Origin: a virus
Lineage: Duplodnaviria > Caudoviricetes
Length of the DNA: 53,926 bases
Virus record (IMG/VR): IMGVR_UViG_3300044946_000035
Location: 1 to 53,926 of that record
Reading direction: 5' to 3' (one strand)
In this document: positions 24,355-33,009 of the stretch, one piece after another
Layout: every line of letters begins with the position of its first letter
Position numbering within the stretch: position 1 is the first letter of the stretch
Translations under genes and position numbers: made by a program
Notes under the pieces: model-generated
What the model was told of the DNA's origin: nothing
Database searches by the model: none
The model's input: only the letters and a program-made list of their open reading frames with translations

Positions 24355-25400
24355 CCTCCCAGCGCTCCGTCCCCCTCGACCTCGACTACCTCCGCACCTG
24401 CCGCCTGTGGATCGCCACCCCCGCTTACGGAGGCCAGTCCTACGTCGCCTTCTCGACCGCCGTCCTCAAACTCCTTCTGCGCTGCCGCGAACTCGGCATC
24501 GTCTGTACCCACCATTACCTCCCGAACGATTCCCTCATCACCCGCGCCCGCAACAACCTGACCGACCTCTTCCTCTATTGCGGCTGGGACAACCTCGACC
24601 GCGACCTCATGCTGTGGCTGGACGGCGACGTGATCTTCGAGCCGGAAGACATCATCTACATGATCCAGCTTACTAAATCCCCGCAGTACGACATCCTCGC
24701 CGCTCCCTACACCCGCAAGGGCCTCCACTGGGACCGAATCGCCGAAGCCGCACGTCTCGGCTGGCCTTCTTCCCGCCTGCAATCCGTCGCGGGCTCTCCG
24801 AACGTCAACCACATCGTCCAGCCTCTCGTGCTGACCGAGCCGCATCCCCTGCTCGAATCCGGCACTGGCTTCCTGCTCATCCGCCGCAAGGTCTACCTCC
24901 AGATCTCCGCCGCGCACCCCGAACTTACCTACAACCGCACCAACGACGAGAAAAATACCTATGGCCGTGACACCTGCGTGGCCTACTTCCTCGACGGCAT
25001 CGACCCCGAATCCCACCAGTTCCTCTCCGAAGACTGGTGGTTCTGCCGCCAGTGGATTAGACTCGGGGGAACGATCCACGGCTGTATGTGGATCTGTACC
25101 GGGCACATCGGCACTTATGTCTACCTTATGAACATGCCCGCCATCGCGGAATTGCTGAACGCGACCGACGGTTACCTTGACGGACCCACGAAAGGAAACT
25201 CGAATGCCATCGCACCTGCCACCGCCGCCGTCGAAACTGAGGTCAGTGGAAACGGAACTAAGCCTGACATCTCCCGAGTCCTCTCCCTTATCGGAGCGCC
25301 CCGTGAAGCAGCAGTCGAAGGCGATCCAGGCACGCTGGGCGGGGGAGCGGGAAGCGGAATCGGAGTTGACGGAATACTTCCGCTCGATCCCGGTCGATAA
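24351..25400 (+). CDS. GT-A fold glycosyltransferase
   Basis: IATPAYGG, DSLITRARN, DxD (LDGD), GTGFLLIRR, LSEDWWFC. Confidence 0.85.
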   Translation: MTSQRSVPLDLDYLRTCRLWIATPAYGGQSYVAFSTAVLKLLLRCRELGIVCTHHYLPNDSLITRARNNLTDLFLYCGWDNLDRDLMLWLDGDVIFEPEDIIYMIQLTKSPQYDILAAPYTRKGLHWDRIAEAARLGWPSSRLQSVAGSPNVNHIVQPLVLTEPHPLLESGTGFLLIRRKVYLQISAAHPELTYNRTNDEKNTYGRDTCVAYFLDGIDPESHQFLSEDWWFCRQWIRLGGTIHGCMWICTGHIGTYVYLMNMPAIAELLNATDGYLDGPTKGNSNAIAPATAAVETEVSGNGTKPDISRVLSLIGAPREAAVEGDPGTLGGGAGSGIGVDGILPLDPGR

Positions 25401-25758
25401 AGGCCTCGAAGTGTTGGCCCGGATGCGGAAGAACTGCACCCTTGGCGGGACCATCCTCAACGAGCGCATCAACGATCAGTCCATCCAGCGCTGCTTCACC
25501 TGCAAGAAATCCATCGAGGAATTGAACAAGCGCCCCGGCGGCTTCCGTGGCTGGCGCATGAGCCGCCCACGCTACCACCCCGAGGACCGGAACATCAAGA
25601 TTGTCGATAACTTCTGCTCCGACATCTGCATCGCCATGGCGCACCAGAAGGAGCAAGGCGTGCGCGGCGTGCCCGACCGTGGGATGCTCCCTTCTGATAA
25701 TCCCGAGAATCACCCTCGGCAGGTTGATGTCAAGAACCTGCATGAGAAGGCGATCTGA
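25204..25758 (+). CDS. Protein with a treble-clef/TRASH-like Zn motif
   Basis: AAGGA SD; CFTC...FCSDIC; TGATG coupling. Confidence 0.7.
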   Translation: MPSHLPPPPSKLRSVETELSLTSPESSPLSERPVKQQSKAIQARWAGEREAESELTEYFRSIPVDKGLEVLARMRKNCTLGGTILNERINDQSIQRCFTCKKSIEELNKRPGGFRGWRMSRPRYHPEDRNIKIVDNFCSDICIAMAHQKEQGVRGVPDRGMLPSDNPENHPRQVDVKNLHEKAI

Positions 25759-26003
25759 TGTTCTGGGACCAGGTAGAATATTCCCGAGTCTCTTCTTCCC
25801 TTGTGCAAGCCTATGGAAGAAGCGGGGATGTTTTCTACTACGGCAACGGAGACTCGGAGCCGTCTGCGTTTAAAAACATGGAAAGGGTGCGGATGCTCAT
25901 CGAGTTACAGCGGCGGGTAAGCCGACTCCGATCCTCATCCGAAGAGATGCAAGCGGGAGATGTGCTCGATATCGTTGAGGAGTTGCTGCGATGCTTGATC
26001 TGA
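25758..26003 (+). CDS. Hypothetical protein
   Basis: Coupled between neighbouring genes. Confidence 0.5.
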   Translation: MFWDQVEYSRVSSSLVQAYGRSGDVFYYGNGDSEPSAFKNMERVRMLIELQRRVSRLRSSSEEMQAGDVLDIVEELLRCLI

Positions 26004-27751
26004 GCCGCTTCGAGACCTTCTGCTCGCGCCTTCCTATCAAGGACCGCGATTCCGGTCGCATGGTCCCTTTCATCTTCAACCCATCCCAGCGTAAGATCAT
26101 GGAGAAACTGAAGGCGCATCAGGCGAAGAAACGTCACCTGTGGCTGATCTTCCTCAAGGCTCGCCGTCTCGGCATCTCCCGTCTCATGCTCGCGCTCGGC
26201 ATCGCGCATATGCTTCAGAAGCAGAACGCGAACGGCCAAGTCGTAGCCCAGCTCACCGCTACCGCGAAGGAATTATTCTCGCAGGCAAAGGAGTTTGCAA
26301 GCGCTCTGCCCTTCAGGCTTCCCGAGCCCACGCAGAGCGAACTGTTCTTCCCCCATTCCGATGGCGTATCCTCCTTCAAGCGTTCGACAGCAAAGACTGT
26401 GATCGGCGGTCGCGGCCTGACCCACTCCTTCCTCCACCTGACCGAAGCCGCATTCTATCCTGGCGAGGATTCTTTCATCGCTCTCCTCTCGACCGTCTCC
26501 GGCGCGGACCCGGATAACGTTGTCGGCATCGAAACCACCGCCAACGGCATCGAGGGCCCCGGCGAATCCTACTACAAATACTGGCAAGCTGCTGAAACCG
26601 GAGACAACGAGTTCCTTTCCATCTTCCTTCCCGTGTGGGACGACCCCGGCACCCGTTGGCCGGATAAGATGGCTCCCGACGCTCCCCGCGACGACTACGA
26701 GAAATGGCTGATGAGAGAGTTCAAATGTACCAAGGGCCAGATCGCGTGGTTCCGCTCGACGCTCGAAACCAAATGCGGTGGCTCGATCTACAAATGGCGG
26801 CAGGAATACCCTTCGACGCCCGACGAGGCGTTTGTGTCGAGCGGTGATCCCATCTTCGAGTTCCAAGAGTTAGAGTACATGCGCCGTTCCTGTTGCGCCC
26901 CAATCTCCCAAGGCCACATCCTCGGCTCTCGCAACTCTCCCCGCTTTGAGGAAATGCGTGGCGGCCCCCTCCGCATCTGGGAGACTCCCCAGCCTCTGTG
27001 CCATTACTTCATCGGCGTGGACGCGGCCAAGGGCGTCGAGGACGGCGACTTCGCGGTCGCAGTCGGATGGAACGCGGAAACCGGAGAGCAGGCGTTTACC
27101 TACGCAGACAAGATTGGCCCGGAAGCGCTTTCAGAGAAGGTCAACTTTCTGGGCAAGTGGTACAACAAGGCGATGGTGAACGTTGAGCTGACGGGCGGCT
27201 GGGGCTACCAGGTGATGAAGGATCTCCGCGACCGCTTTCACTACCCGAATCAATATCTATGGAGGTCAAGGGATGACAAACCAGACACCAAAGGGAGGCA
27301 GGCGTATGGTTGGGAAACAACGGATCGCTCTCGTCAAATGTTATTCACTGTCTTTAGAAAGTCTGTTAGGGCTTCGCTTCCGCGTGATTACGGTGACGGA
27401 GAGCTGGTCACTACGCCCGAGGTGGTGGTCAAGGATATCCAACTATATTCTCAGGCGTCCAAGGCTCAGAGCGACATCGGCTGGCGCTGGCGTGTACTCA
27501 AAGGCCACGACGATATCCTGATGGCGGGCTGGCTCGGATGGATCGCCAATATCCAGTATCACATCCCCCATCCCGACCTGCGAAAGATTGGCTCTACCAT
27601 GTCTGAGGAACCCCGGCTCGGGCTTTCTTATGATGATTCTCCAGAGACGACGGCTGCGGGGGTGATCGGCTACTCCTCCACCCAGCACTACAATAAAATT
27701 ATGAACTGGTCGCACACGCAGAGAGAGCGCGACCGATTGCGAGGGATCTGA
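25991..27751 (+). CDS. terL: Terminase large subunit
   Basis: FNPSQ, LKARRLGIS, LHLTEAAF, ETTANG, QEYP, IGVDAA, HDDILMA. Confidence 0.95.
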   Translation: MLDLSRFETFCSRLPIKDRDSGRMVPFIFNPSQRKIMEKLKAHQAKKRHLWLIFLKARRLGISRLMLALGIAHMLQKQNANGQVVAQLTATAKELFSQAKEFASALPFRLPEPTQSELFFPHSDGVSSFKRSTAKTVIGGRGLTHSFLHLTEAAFYPGEDSFIALLSTVSGADPDNVVGIETTANGIEGPGESYYKYWQAAETGDNEFLSIFLPVWDDPGTRWPDKMAPDAPRDDYEKWLMREFKCTKGQIAWFRSTLETKCGGSIYKWRQEYPSTPDEAFVSSGDPIFEFQELEYMRRSCCAPISQGHILGSRNSPRFEEMRGGPLRIWETPQPLCHYFIGVDAAKGVEDGDFAVAVGWNAETGEQAFTYADKIGPEALSEKVNFLGKWYNKAMVNVELTGGWGYQVMKDLRDRFHYPNQYLWRSRDDKPDTKGRQAYGWETTDRSRQMLFTVFRKSVRASLPRDYGDGELVTTPEVVVKDIQLYSQASKAQSDIGWRWRVLKGHDDILMAGWLGWIANIQYHIPHPDLRKIGSTMSEEPRLGLSYDDSPETTAAGVIGYSSTQHYNKIMNWSHTQRERDRLRGI

Positions 27752-28191
27752 TGCGTGACCCATTCGCGTTCTTACAATCCGAGTCACCGGAGCGGGTGCG
27801 ATTACTACTCCTATTGGCGCTGGTCAAACAACAAGGCGGCGAGGTCAAACTGTCCCTCACCGACCTGACCTCGATCGACGACGGCGCAGGCCTGTTCCGC
27901 CGCACCAGTGACAAAGGCGATGAACTCGTGCTATGCTTCGCTCGAAAGGGAGCGGAAGCCTACTTCCTCTCGGAGCCGCAGCCATCGTCACCCGCACCCA
28001 ACCCGCGCACGCGAGTGGTCCAGCCGCAACCGTCGCAACCCTCCCCACCTCGCACGACAGTCCACAGCGATCTCGACTTGGCCCTGCTGGAGGAGCAGCA
28101 AGCGGAGCGGATGCAGGATCTCCAGGACCGCCAGACCCGTCAGGCGCGACGGGAAGCTGGAGCCCCTCCGTGGACAACTCGCCCCTCCTGA
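27751..28191 (+). CDS. Hypothetical protein
   Basis: TGATG-coupled to terL. Confidence 0.7.
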   Translation: MRDPFAFLQSESPERVRLLLLLALVKQQGGEVKLSLTDLTSIDDGAGLFRRTSDKGDELVLCFARKGAEAYFLSEPQPSSPAPNPRTRVVQPQPSQPSPPRTTVHSDLDLALLEEQQAERMQDLQDRQTRQARREAGAPPWTTRPS

Positions 28192-28493
28192 CCGGCGACG
28201 AGCGCAAGGACCGTGAATCCGCATTGACCAAGTACAACGAGGTCATGCGCCGGTTCACTGCGACCTTTAAATCCTCCGAATCCGAAGCCTACGGCACTCT
28301 CCTGCGCGACCTCATGGACAACTCCTCCCTGTTCATCGCGGGCCAGATCATGTCGGCCAAGGAGATCCTCGACAAGACGGAGGACTTGCAACTTCACCTG
28401 AAGAAGGCTGGTGGCGCTGGCGGCAAGACTATGGGCGATATGTTCAACGAGTGGATAAACGGAGGCTACGATGCAGCTTCTAGTCTGCGGTGA
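28170..28493 (+). CDS. Hypothetical helical protein
   Basis: GGAG SD then GTG (MDNSPLLTGDERK...). Confidence 0.65.
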   Translation: MDNSPLLTGDERKDRESALTKYNEVMRRFTATFKSSESEAYGTLLRDLMDNSSLFIAGQIMSAKEILDKTEDLQLHLKKAGGAGGKTMGDMFNEWINGGYDAASSLR

Positions 28494-28665
28494 CGGCGCA
28501 ATCGAATGCCCCATCTGCTCTCTCGTTCTCACCCTCATCAAGCATCGCTATCAGGTCGCGGTCGAAGCCGTCCACAAGCCCTACCAATGTCCATGGTCAG
28601 AGTGGAAGTTCCGCGTCAACCTGCTTACCGGGCAGGCCGAACGCATCAAGGAAAAAGCGGCATGA
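28471..28665 (+). CDS. Small Zn-binding protein
   Basis: GGAGG SD; CPIC...H....C. Confidence 0.6.
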   Translation: MQLLVCGDGAIECPICSLVLTLIKHRYQVAVEAVHKPYQCPWSEWKFRVNLLTGQAERIKEKAA

Positions 28666-28692
28666 TATAGTCATCCACGAGGGACCGATCCG

Positions 28693-28809
28693 ATGAACAA
28701 ACCCAATCATGCCCGTAACCGACTCAACCGCACCCGCCCCATGCCCGCCCCCGGTCGATCCGGCAAGGGTAAGGTGACGGCGCGTGCCCGACACAGGAAG
28801 AGGTACTGA
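28693..28809 (+). CDS. 38-aa highly basic peptide (not in the ORF track)
   Basis: MNKPNHARNRLNRTRPMPAPGRSGKGKVTARARHRKRY. Confidence 0.6.
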   Translation: MNKPNHARNRLNRTRPMPAPGRSGKGKVTARARHRKRY

Positions 28810-28810
28810 G

Positions 28811-28972
28811 ATGACAATGTTTCCAATGATTGATGAACAGATACGAGATCGTGAAATAATCGCGGATGCTGTAGGTCCTCATGGAGAGCAGGATGTTGAT
28901 CGTTGCTGGTGTGATGAGTGTACGAAGAATCGTCAACTGGGCGATACTCTCGGATTAGGATTAGGATTCTGA
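28811..28972 (+). CDS. Small hypothetical protein
   Basis: GAGGT SD; CWCDEC. Confidence 0.55.
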   Translation: MTMFPMIDEQIRDREIIADAVGPHGEQDVDRCWCDECTKNRQLGDTLGLGLGF

Positions 28973-29151
28973 TGCCCACCCCCATCCCCTCCCACGACTA
29001 CGGCTCCCCGGATGAAGAAACCAACCGCGCCTTCCGCCAGCGCCAAGGTACTCTGCGCGGCACTCGTGTAGGCCTCCCCGGACGCGACGACTCATCGCAG
29101 GACCGTAACGGGCGCTGGTATCCGGGGCCAGAGCGCAAACGTAATGACTAA
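28972..29151 (+). CDS. Small hypothetical protein preceding the portal
   Basis: TGATG and TAATG coupling on both sides. Confidence 0.6.
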   Translation: MPTPIPSHDYGSPDEETNRAFRQRQGTLRGTRVGLPGRDDSSQDRNGRWYPGPERKRND

Positions 29152-30833
29152 TGGCTAACCTTGCCCTCATCACGTCGCGCAAAACGGCGGACTACAGGTC
29201 GCCAATATCGAAGCATCTCGACGAATGGGAACGCATCTCCATCGACCACCGCGACCGCTCCCTTGGCCGCGACTGGTACAACGATGTCGAAGCCTTCTAC
29301 CGCCTGACCTCTGAAACCGACCCTCTCCCGTCCTTCCGTCCGGCGATGCGTATCCCGCAGCTCCAAGTCCTGATGATGCACGAGGCCAACGATCTCTCCG
29401 AGACCTCCCCCCGCCCGTACATCACCGACAACTCCGAGGGCAAGCGCGACGAGTCCCGCGAGAAGGCTCTCCAGTGCCAGTGGCGTCAGTCCCAGATCAA
29501 CTACCACGCCATGTACACCACGCTCATGTCCCTGTTCACCGGGATGTGCCCGATGCAGATCGGATTCTCTCCCGATGCACGTCAGGGCCGAGGCGCTCTC
29601 TGGGCCAAGATGCGCGACCCGCGCACCTTCAACTGCGACCCGTGGACCGACTACACGCTCAACTGGTCCTACCTGATCCTCGAAGACCGGATGCACCTCG
29701 AAGAAGTGAAATCCATCTGGGGCGCGGCGGCTTCCCAGGTGAGGCCCCGAGTGCAGGGACGATCCGTTACTCCATTCATCGGAGACTCGGGATATGGCGT
29801 ACAGATGCCGGCGGGCCCAATGTCGATGGTCCCCGGACTTCCGTCAAACAAAGCGATCCCCGACGACAATCGCGTCCGCGTTCGCCGCTGCTTCTGCCTC
29901 GACTACACGCGCCAGAAGATCGAATCCGATGAACTCCCCGAGGGCGCGATCATCCCGGCGGACTTCGAGTGGAAGTACCCGAACGGTCGCATGATCGTCG
30001 AGTGCGAAGGCTACGTCCTGCAAGACGGCGATAATCCGTTCCCGCTGAAAATGTTTCCCATTGTCCCGTTCTGGTCCACGCTTCCCCTGTTCGGAATCTG
30101 GACCGTCCCGGCGATCCGCTACTCCATGCAGCTCCAGGGGAACGCCGAGCGTCTCTACACGCAACTGTTCGAGAATGCCGTCCGCGTCAACAACGGCGTG
30201 TGGTTCATCGACGAGCGCACGGGCATCGACACGGAAGCGTTCGGCGGCATCCCCGGCGAAGTGCAGGTCATCAATGCTAATTCTCCCGTTCCCCAATGTG
30301 TCGCGCCGCAGGGACTCTCTCAACAGGCGTACCAGTTCCCCCAGATCCTGCTCGACAAGCAGAAGGAACTCCAAGGATTCACCGACGCCCGCGCTGGTAA
30401 ACCCGGAGCCGGGAACATTTCCCCGGAGTTATTCGACGAATCCGTCGTCCGCTCGCAAGGCGTCACCCAGCTCCGAGGCCGACTGAACGCGCTCTCCTTC
30501 CAGCGCATCACCGATCTCATGTTCTATACCATGGCCCGCTACATGAAGCCGCAGACCATGTTCGATAAGTCCGAGAAAGGTTACGATCCCATCAAGTGGG
30601 AGCCGGTCACGCGCCCCGACCAGTACGACGTGGAACTTGATCCGGCATCGCTGCGTCCATTTAGTCAGACGATGCTACGGAAGCTCGCGGGTGAATTGCG
30701 GAAGGCCGGTCTCCTCGGAGTCCGCCGCACCTTGCAGGCAATCGACTGGCCGGATGCGGAAAGCGCGGCGGAGGAAGTGGAGCAGGAGCAAGCGCTGGCT
30801 GCCTTGGCTAAGACTAGGGGCGCTAAAAAGTGA
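29151..30833 (+). CDS. Portal protein (podovirus type)
   Basis: 560 aa; position after terL; DPRTFNCDP, FPIVPF, PGEVQV motifs. Confidence 0.85.
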   Translation: MANLALITSRKTADYRSPISKHLDEWERISIDHRDRSLGRDWYNDVEAFYRLTSETDPLPSFRPAMRIPQLQVLMMHEANDLSETSPRPYITDNSEGKRDESREKALQCQWRQSQINYHAMYTTLMSLFTGMCPMQIGFSPDARQGRGALWAKMRDPRTFNCDPWTDYTLNWSYLILEDRMHLEEVKSIWGAAASQVRPRVQGRSVTPFIGDSGYGVQMPAGPMSMVPGLPSNKAIPDDNRVRVRRCFCLDYTRQKIESDELPEGAIIPADFEWKYPNGRMIVECEGYVLQDGDNPFPLKMFPIVPFWSTLPLFGIWTVPAIRYSMQLQGNAERLYTQLFENAVRVNNGVWFIDERTGIDTEAFGGIPGEVQVINANSPVPQCVAPQGLSQQAYQFPQILLDKQKELQGFTDARAGKPGAGNISPELFDESVVRSQGVTQLRGRLNALSFQRITDLMFYTMARYMKPQTMFDKSEKGYDPIKWEPVTRPDQYDVELDPASLRPFSQTMLRKLAGELRKAGLLGVRRTLQAIDWPDAESAAEEVEQEQALAALAKTRGAKK

Positions 30834-31033
30834 GCGCATCTTCCGATTGGCGCGGCCAGTGGCTCTCTCTCCACGACCTTGCTGTCCTTATGAATAAATC
30901 CTATCCAATGATCTGTAAAATGTGGCGTGAGGGCACTCTTTCGATGCCAGGAATAGTGATCTTCAACGAAGGCCGTCGCGTCTGGGTACGCTTGAACGAC
31001 CAGGTTTACGATTCCCTCACCCGTACCAGTTAA
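30830..31033 (+). CDS. Excisionase/MerR-like HTH protein
   Basis: WLSLHDLAVLMNKSYPMICKMWREGTL...GRRVWV. Confidence 0.65.
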   Translation: MSASSDWRGQWLSLHDLAVLMNKSYPMICKMWREGTLSMPGIVIFNEGRRVWVRLNDQVYDSLTRTS

Positions 31034-31078
31034 CCGATCATATTGACCTTATCTTGCCGTTAACCGCATCCTGCGGTT
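31029..31078 (+). promoter_or_regulatory. Candidate late promoter/operator
   Basis: TTGACC at 31043; GTTAACCG repeated at 31029 and 31059; palindrome AACCGCA-TCC-TGCGGTT 31062-31078. Confidence 0.45.
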
Positions 31079-31300
31079 GTGCAGCGTCTGGAAATCCTCG
31101 AACTCACGCTTGACCGCCCCGGCGATTACGACTTCATTCGTGTCGCCGTGGATGGTCATCCGGTAATCCCGTTCGAGATCCCAAAGTCGATTCGCCGGGA
31201 GCAATTCACCCGAGACGAAGATTTCCTGGCCTATTTGCAGCGGCAAGCGATCACTCTGCTTGAGTCCTATGGGGACGCGAGGGAACAGAGGGCGAATTAG
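31079..31300 (+). CDS. Hypothetical protein
   Basis: 73-aa ORF with GTG start and no SD. Confidence 0.55.
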   Translation: MQRLEILELTLDRPGDYDFIRVAVDGHPVIPFEIPKSIRREQFTRDEDFLAYLQRQAITLLESYGDAREQRAN

Positions 31301-31364
31301 AACTACCGTCAACGGTTGATGCTTCTCTCTCCCGCTGGCGGATCTTACGAGAGGAGGTGCTTTC

Positions 31365-31403
31365 ATGGCTCGACGCAAGCATCGTGGCAAGAAACGGAAG
31401 TAG
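31365..31403 (+). CDS. 12-aa basic micro-peptide MARRKHRGKKRK
   Basis: Strong AGGAGGT SD at suitable spacing; followed by a hairpin. Confidence 0.6.
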   Translation: MARRKHRGKKRK

Positions 31404-31416
31404 TTAGAGACATCAC

Positions 31417-31446
31417 GGGGCGGTGAGATTCCGCCCCCACTTTATT
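31417..31446 (+). terminator. Intrinsic terminator/attenuator
   Basis: GGGGCGG-N7-CCGCCCC followed by a T-rich tract. Confidence 0.55.
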
Positions 31447-31461
31447 CGAGGAGACAAGCAC

Positions 31462-31629
31462 ATGCCAGGATCCATGGGTGAAAAGACATTCGATGAGGAG
31501 ATCCTCAAATCGCCACTTTACGTTGGCCGTCCGAAAAACGAGCCCGGTCCGCAGGTGAACAACAACCCCGTGGCCAAGCCGGAAGATCCCCTGAAGCTGA
31601 TCCCCGGCAACTCCAAGAAAGCGCGGTAG
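31462..31629 (+). CDS. 55-aa head-region protein
   Basis: GAGGAG SD; MPGSMGEKTFDEE... Confidence 0.7.
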   Translation: MPGSMGEKTFDEEILKSPLYVGRPKNEPGPQVNNNPVAKPEDPLKLIPGNSKKAR

Positions 31630-31633
31630 CTCC

Positions 31634-31744
31634 ATGAAGGCTACACACAATCGCGGCAAGTCTCTCAAGGGGCACAAGGCCAGCGGCGGTCGCGTTCGCA
31701 TGAAGATGCCCAAACGCGCAAAGAAATGGACGGGTCGCTCCTGA
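31634..31744 (+). CDS. 36-aa highly basic peptide (not in the ORF track)
   Basis: MKATHNRGKSLKGHKASGGRVRMKMPKRAKKWTGRS; TGATG coupling. Confidence 0.65.
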   Translation: MKATHNRGKSLKGHKASGGRVRMKMPKRAKKWTGRS

Positions 31745-32157
31745 TGGCATCCCCCGCATCCTCTCCGGTGGACATGAAGTCGATGATGGCGCAGCAGATG
31801 GTCAAGCGCCTCGCCGCTCATGGTCCCCAAGGCTCCGACCCGAACCAGTCCGGTCGGCAGCTGTCCGAGCAGATGTCACAACTTTCCGGCGCGGACCCGC
31901 AGATGTTATCGAAAGCCGCCGAGCAGGTGAAGTCGATGCTGGTGGCGATCTACACCAAGACCGCGTTTCAGGTTCCCGAAGCCGCACGGCACGCGGCCAC
32001 CGCCCAGAAAGCCGTGGATCAGATGTTGAAGGCTCTGGAGCAGGGCGCGGCCACGGCTCAGACGGTTCAGCCCATCGTGAACCAGGCAGGCATGAGCGGG
32101 GCGGATCCGAACGCAGGCGGAACGCAGGGAGCGATTCCCCAATCAGGAGGCATGTAA
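31744..32157 (+). CDS. Gln/Ala/Met-rich head-region protein
   Basis: Lies between portal and scaffold, as in many podoviruses. Confidence 0.7.
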   Translation: MASPASSPVDMKSMMAQQMVKRLAAHGPQGSDPNQSGRQLSEQMSQLSGADPQMLSKAAEQVKSMLVAIYTKTAFQVPEAARHAATAQKAVDQMLKALEQGAATAQTVQPIVNQAGMSGADPNAGGTQGAIPQSGGM

Positions 32158-32988
32158 ATGGCGAAGAAATGGGCCGAAATTCTCAAAGATGGCACCGCGT
32201 ACCCGGATGATTTCACCGTCACCCTGAAGAATGGTGAAGTGATGTCTTTGGGCGATATGCGCTCCTACGACAAGGAACACGAAGGCGAACTCACCCGCAA
32301 CCTGACCGCCAAGGAGCAGGAACTTTCCGCCCGCGAGCGTAATGTCTCCGGCGCATCCACGGCCCTCGCGCAGCGCATCAAGCAGGCTGCTGATGCCGCT
32401 GGCATCTCCGTTGACGATTTCATTGAAGGCAAGATTCCATCGAGGAAACAAGTCGCCAAAGAGCAAGACCTCGATGAAGACGACCCCCTGGTCGGCAAAC
32501 TGGTGAAGGAACTTAGGGCCGTCCGGCAGGAACTCTCGACCACCCAAGCCTCGATCAAGGACATCCGCGAGAAGGCCATCGGCCCGGTCATCAACACTTA
32601 TCTCGAAGACTACTACGAAGGCCGCTGGGAAAAATTGTCCACCAAGCTCCCCAAGGGCGCGAAGCTTGAACTGAAAGACGTTCTCTCCTACGCCGAGAAG
32701 GAAGGCCTCAAGGACGGCAAAGGCCGATTCAACCTGGAGAAGGCCGTCCGCGATCTCACCTACGAGCAGCGCGTGGCCGAGGACGCCGAGAAGCGCGTAG
32801 CCGATCTCCGTAAGAAGGACGATGACCAACGCGTGCTTGACTCGATCCCTCAACCGGGAAACACCCGCGCTCACCTGAAGACCCAGCCCCAGTTTAAGAA
32901 TGCCAAGGGCGGCACGAAATCCTTTGACGAAGTTATGAACGACGCTTTGACCGACACGGATCTGTGGCGGCAAGTCGGCACCGCATAA
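32158..32988 (+). CDS. Capsid scaffolding protein (putative)
   Basis: AGGAGG SD; charged coiled coil immediately upstream of the capsid gene. Confidence 0.75.
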   Translation: MAKKWAEILKDGTAYPDDFTVTLKNGEVMSLGDMRSYDKEHEGELTRNLTAKEQELSARERNVSGASTALAQRIKQAADAAGISVDDFIEGKIPSRKQVAKEQDLDEDDPLVGKLVKELRAVRQELSTTQASIKDIREKAIGPVINTYLEDYYEGRWEKLSTKLPKGAKLELKDVLSYAEKEGLKDGKGRFNLEKAVRDLTYEQRVAEDAEKRVADLRKKDDDQRVLDSIPQPGNTRAHLKTQPQFKNAKGGTKSFDEVMNDALTDTDLWRQVGTA

Positions 32989-33009
32989 ACGTAGCGAAAG
33001 GGAATCATC

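Noticed and set aside
30830-31033. HTH protein as a true excisionase implying lysogeny
   Set aside because: No integrase or att-like site was recognised, and its position is inside the head module
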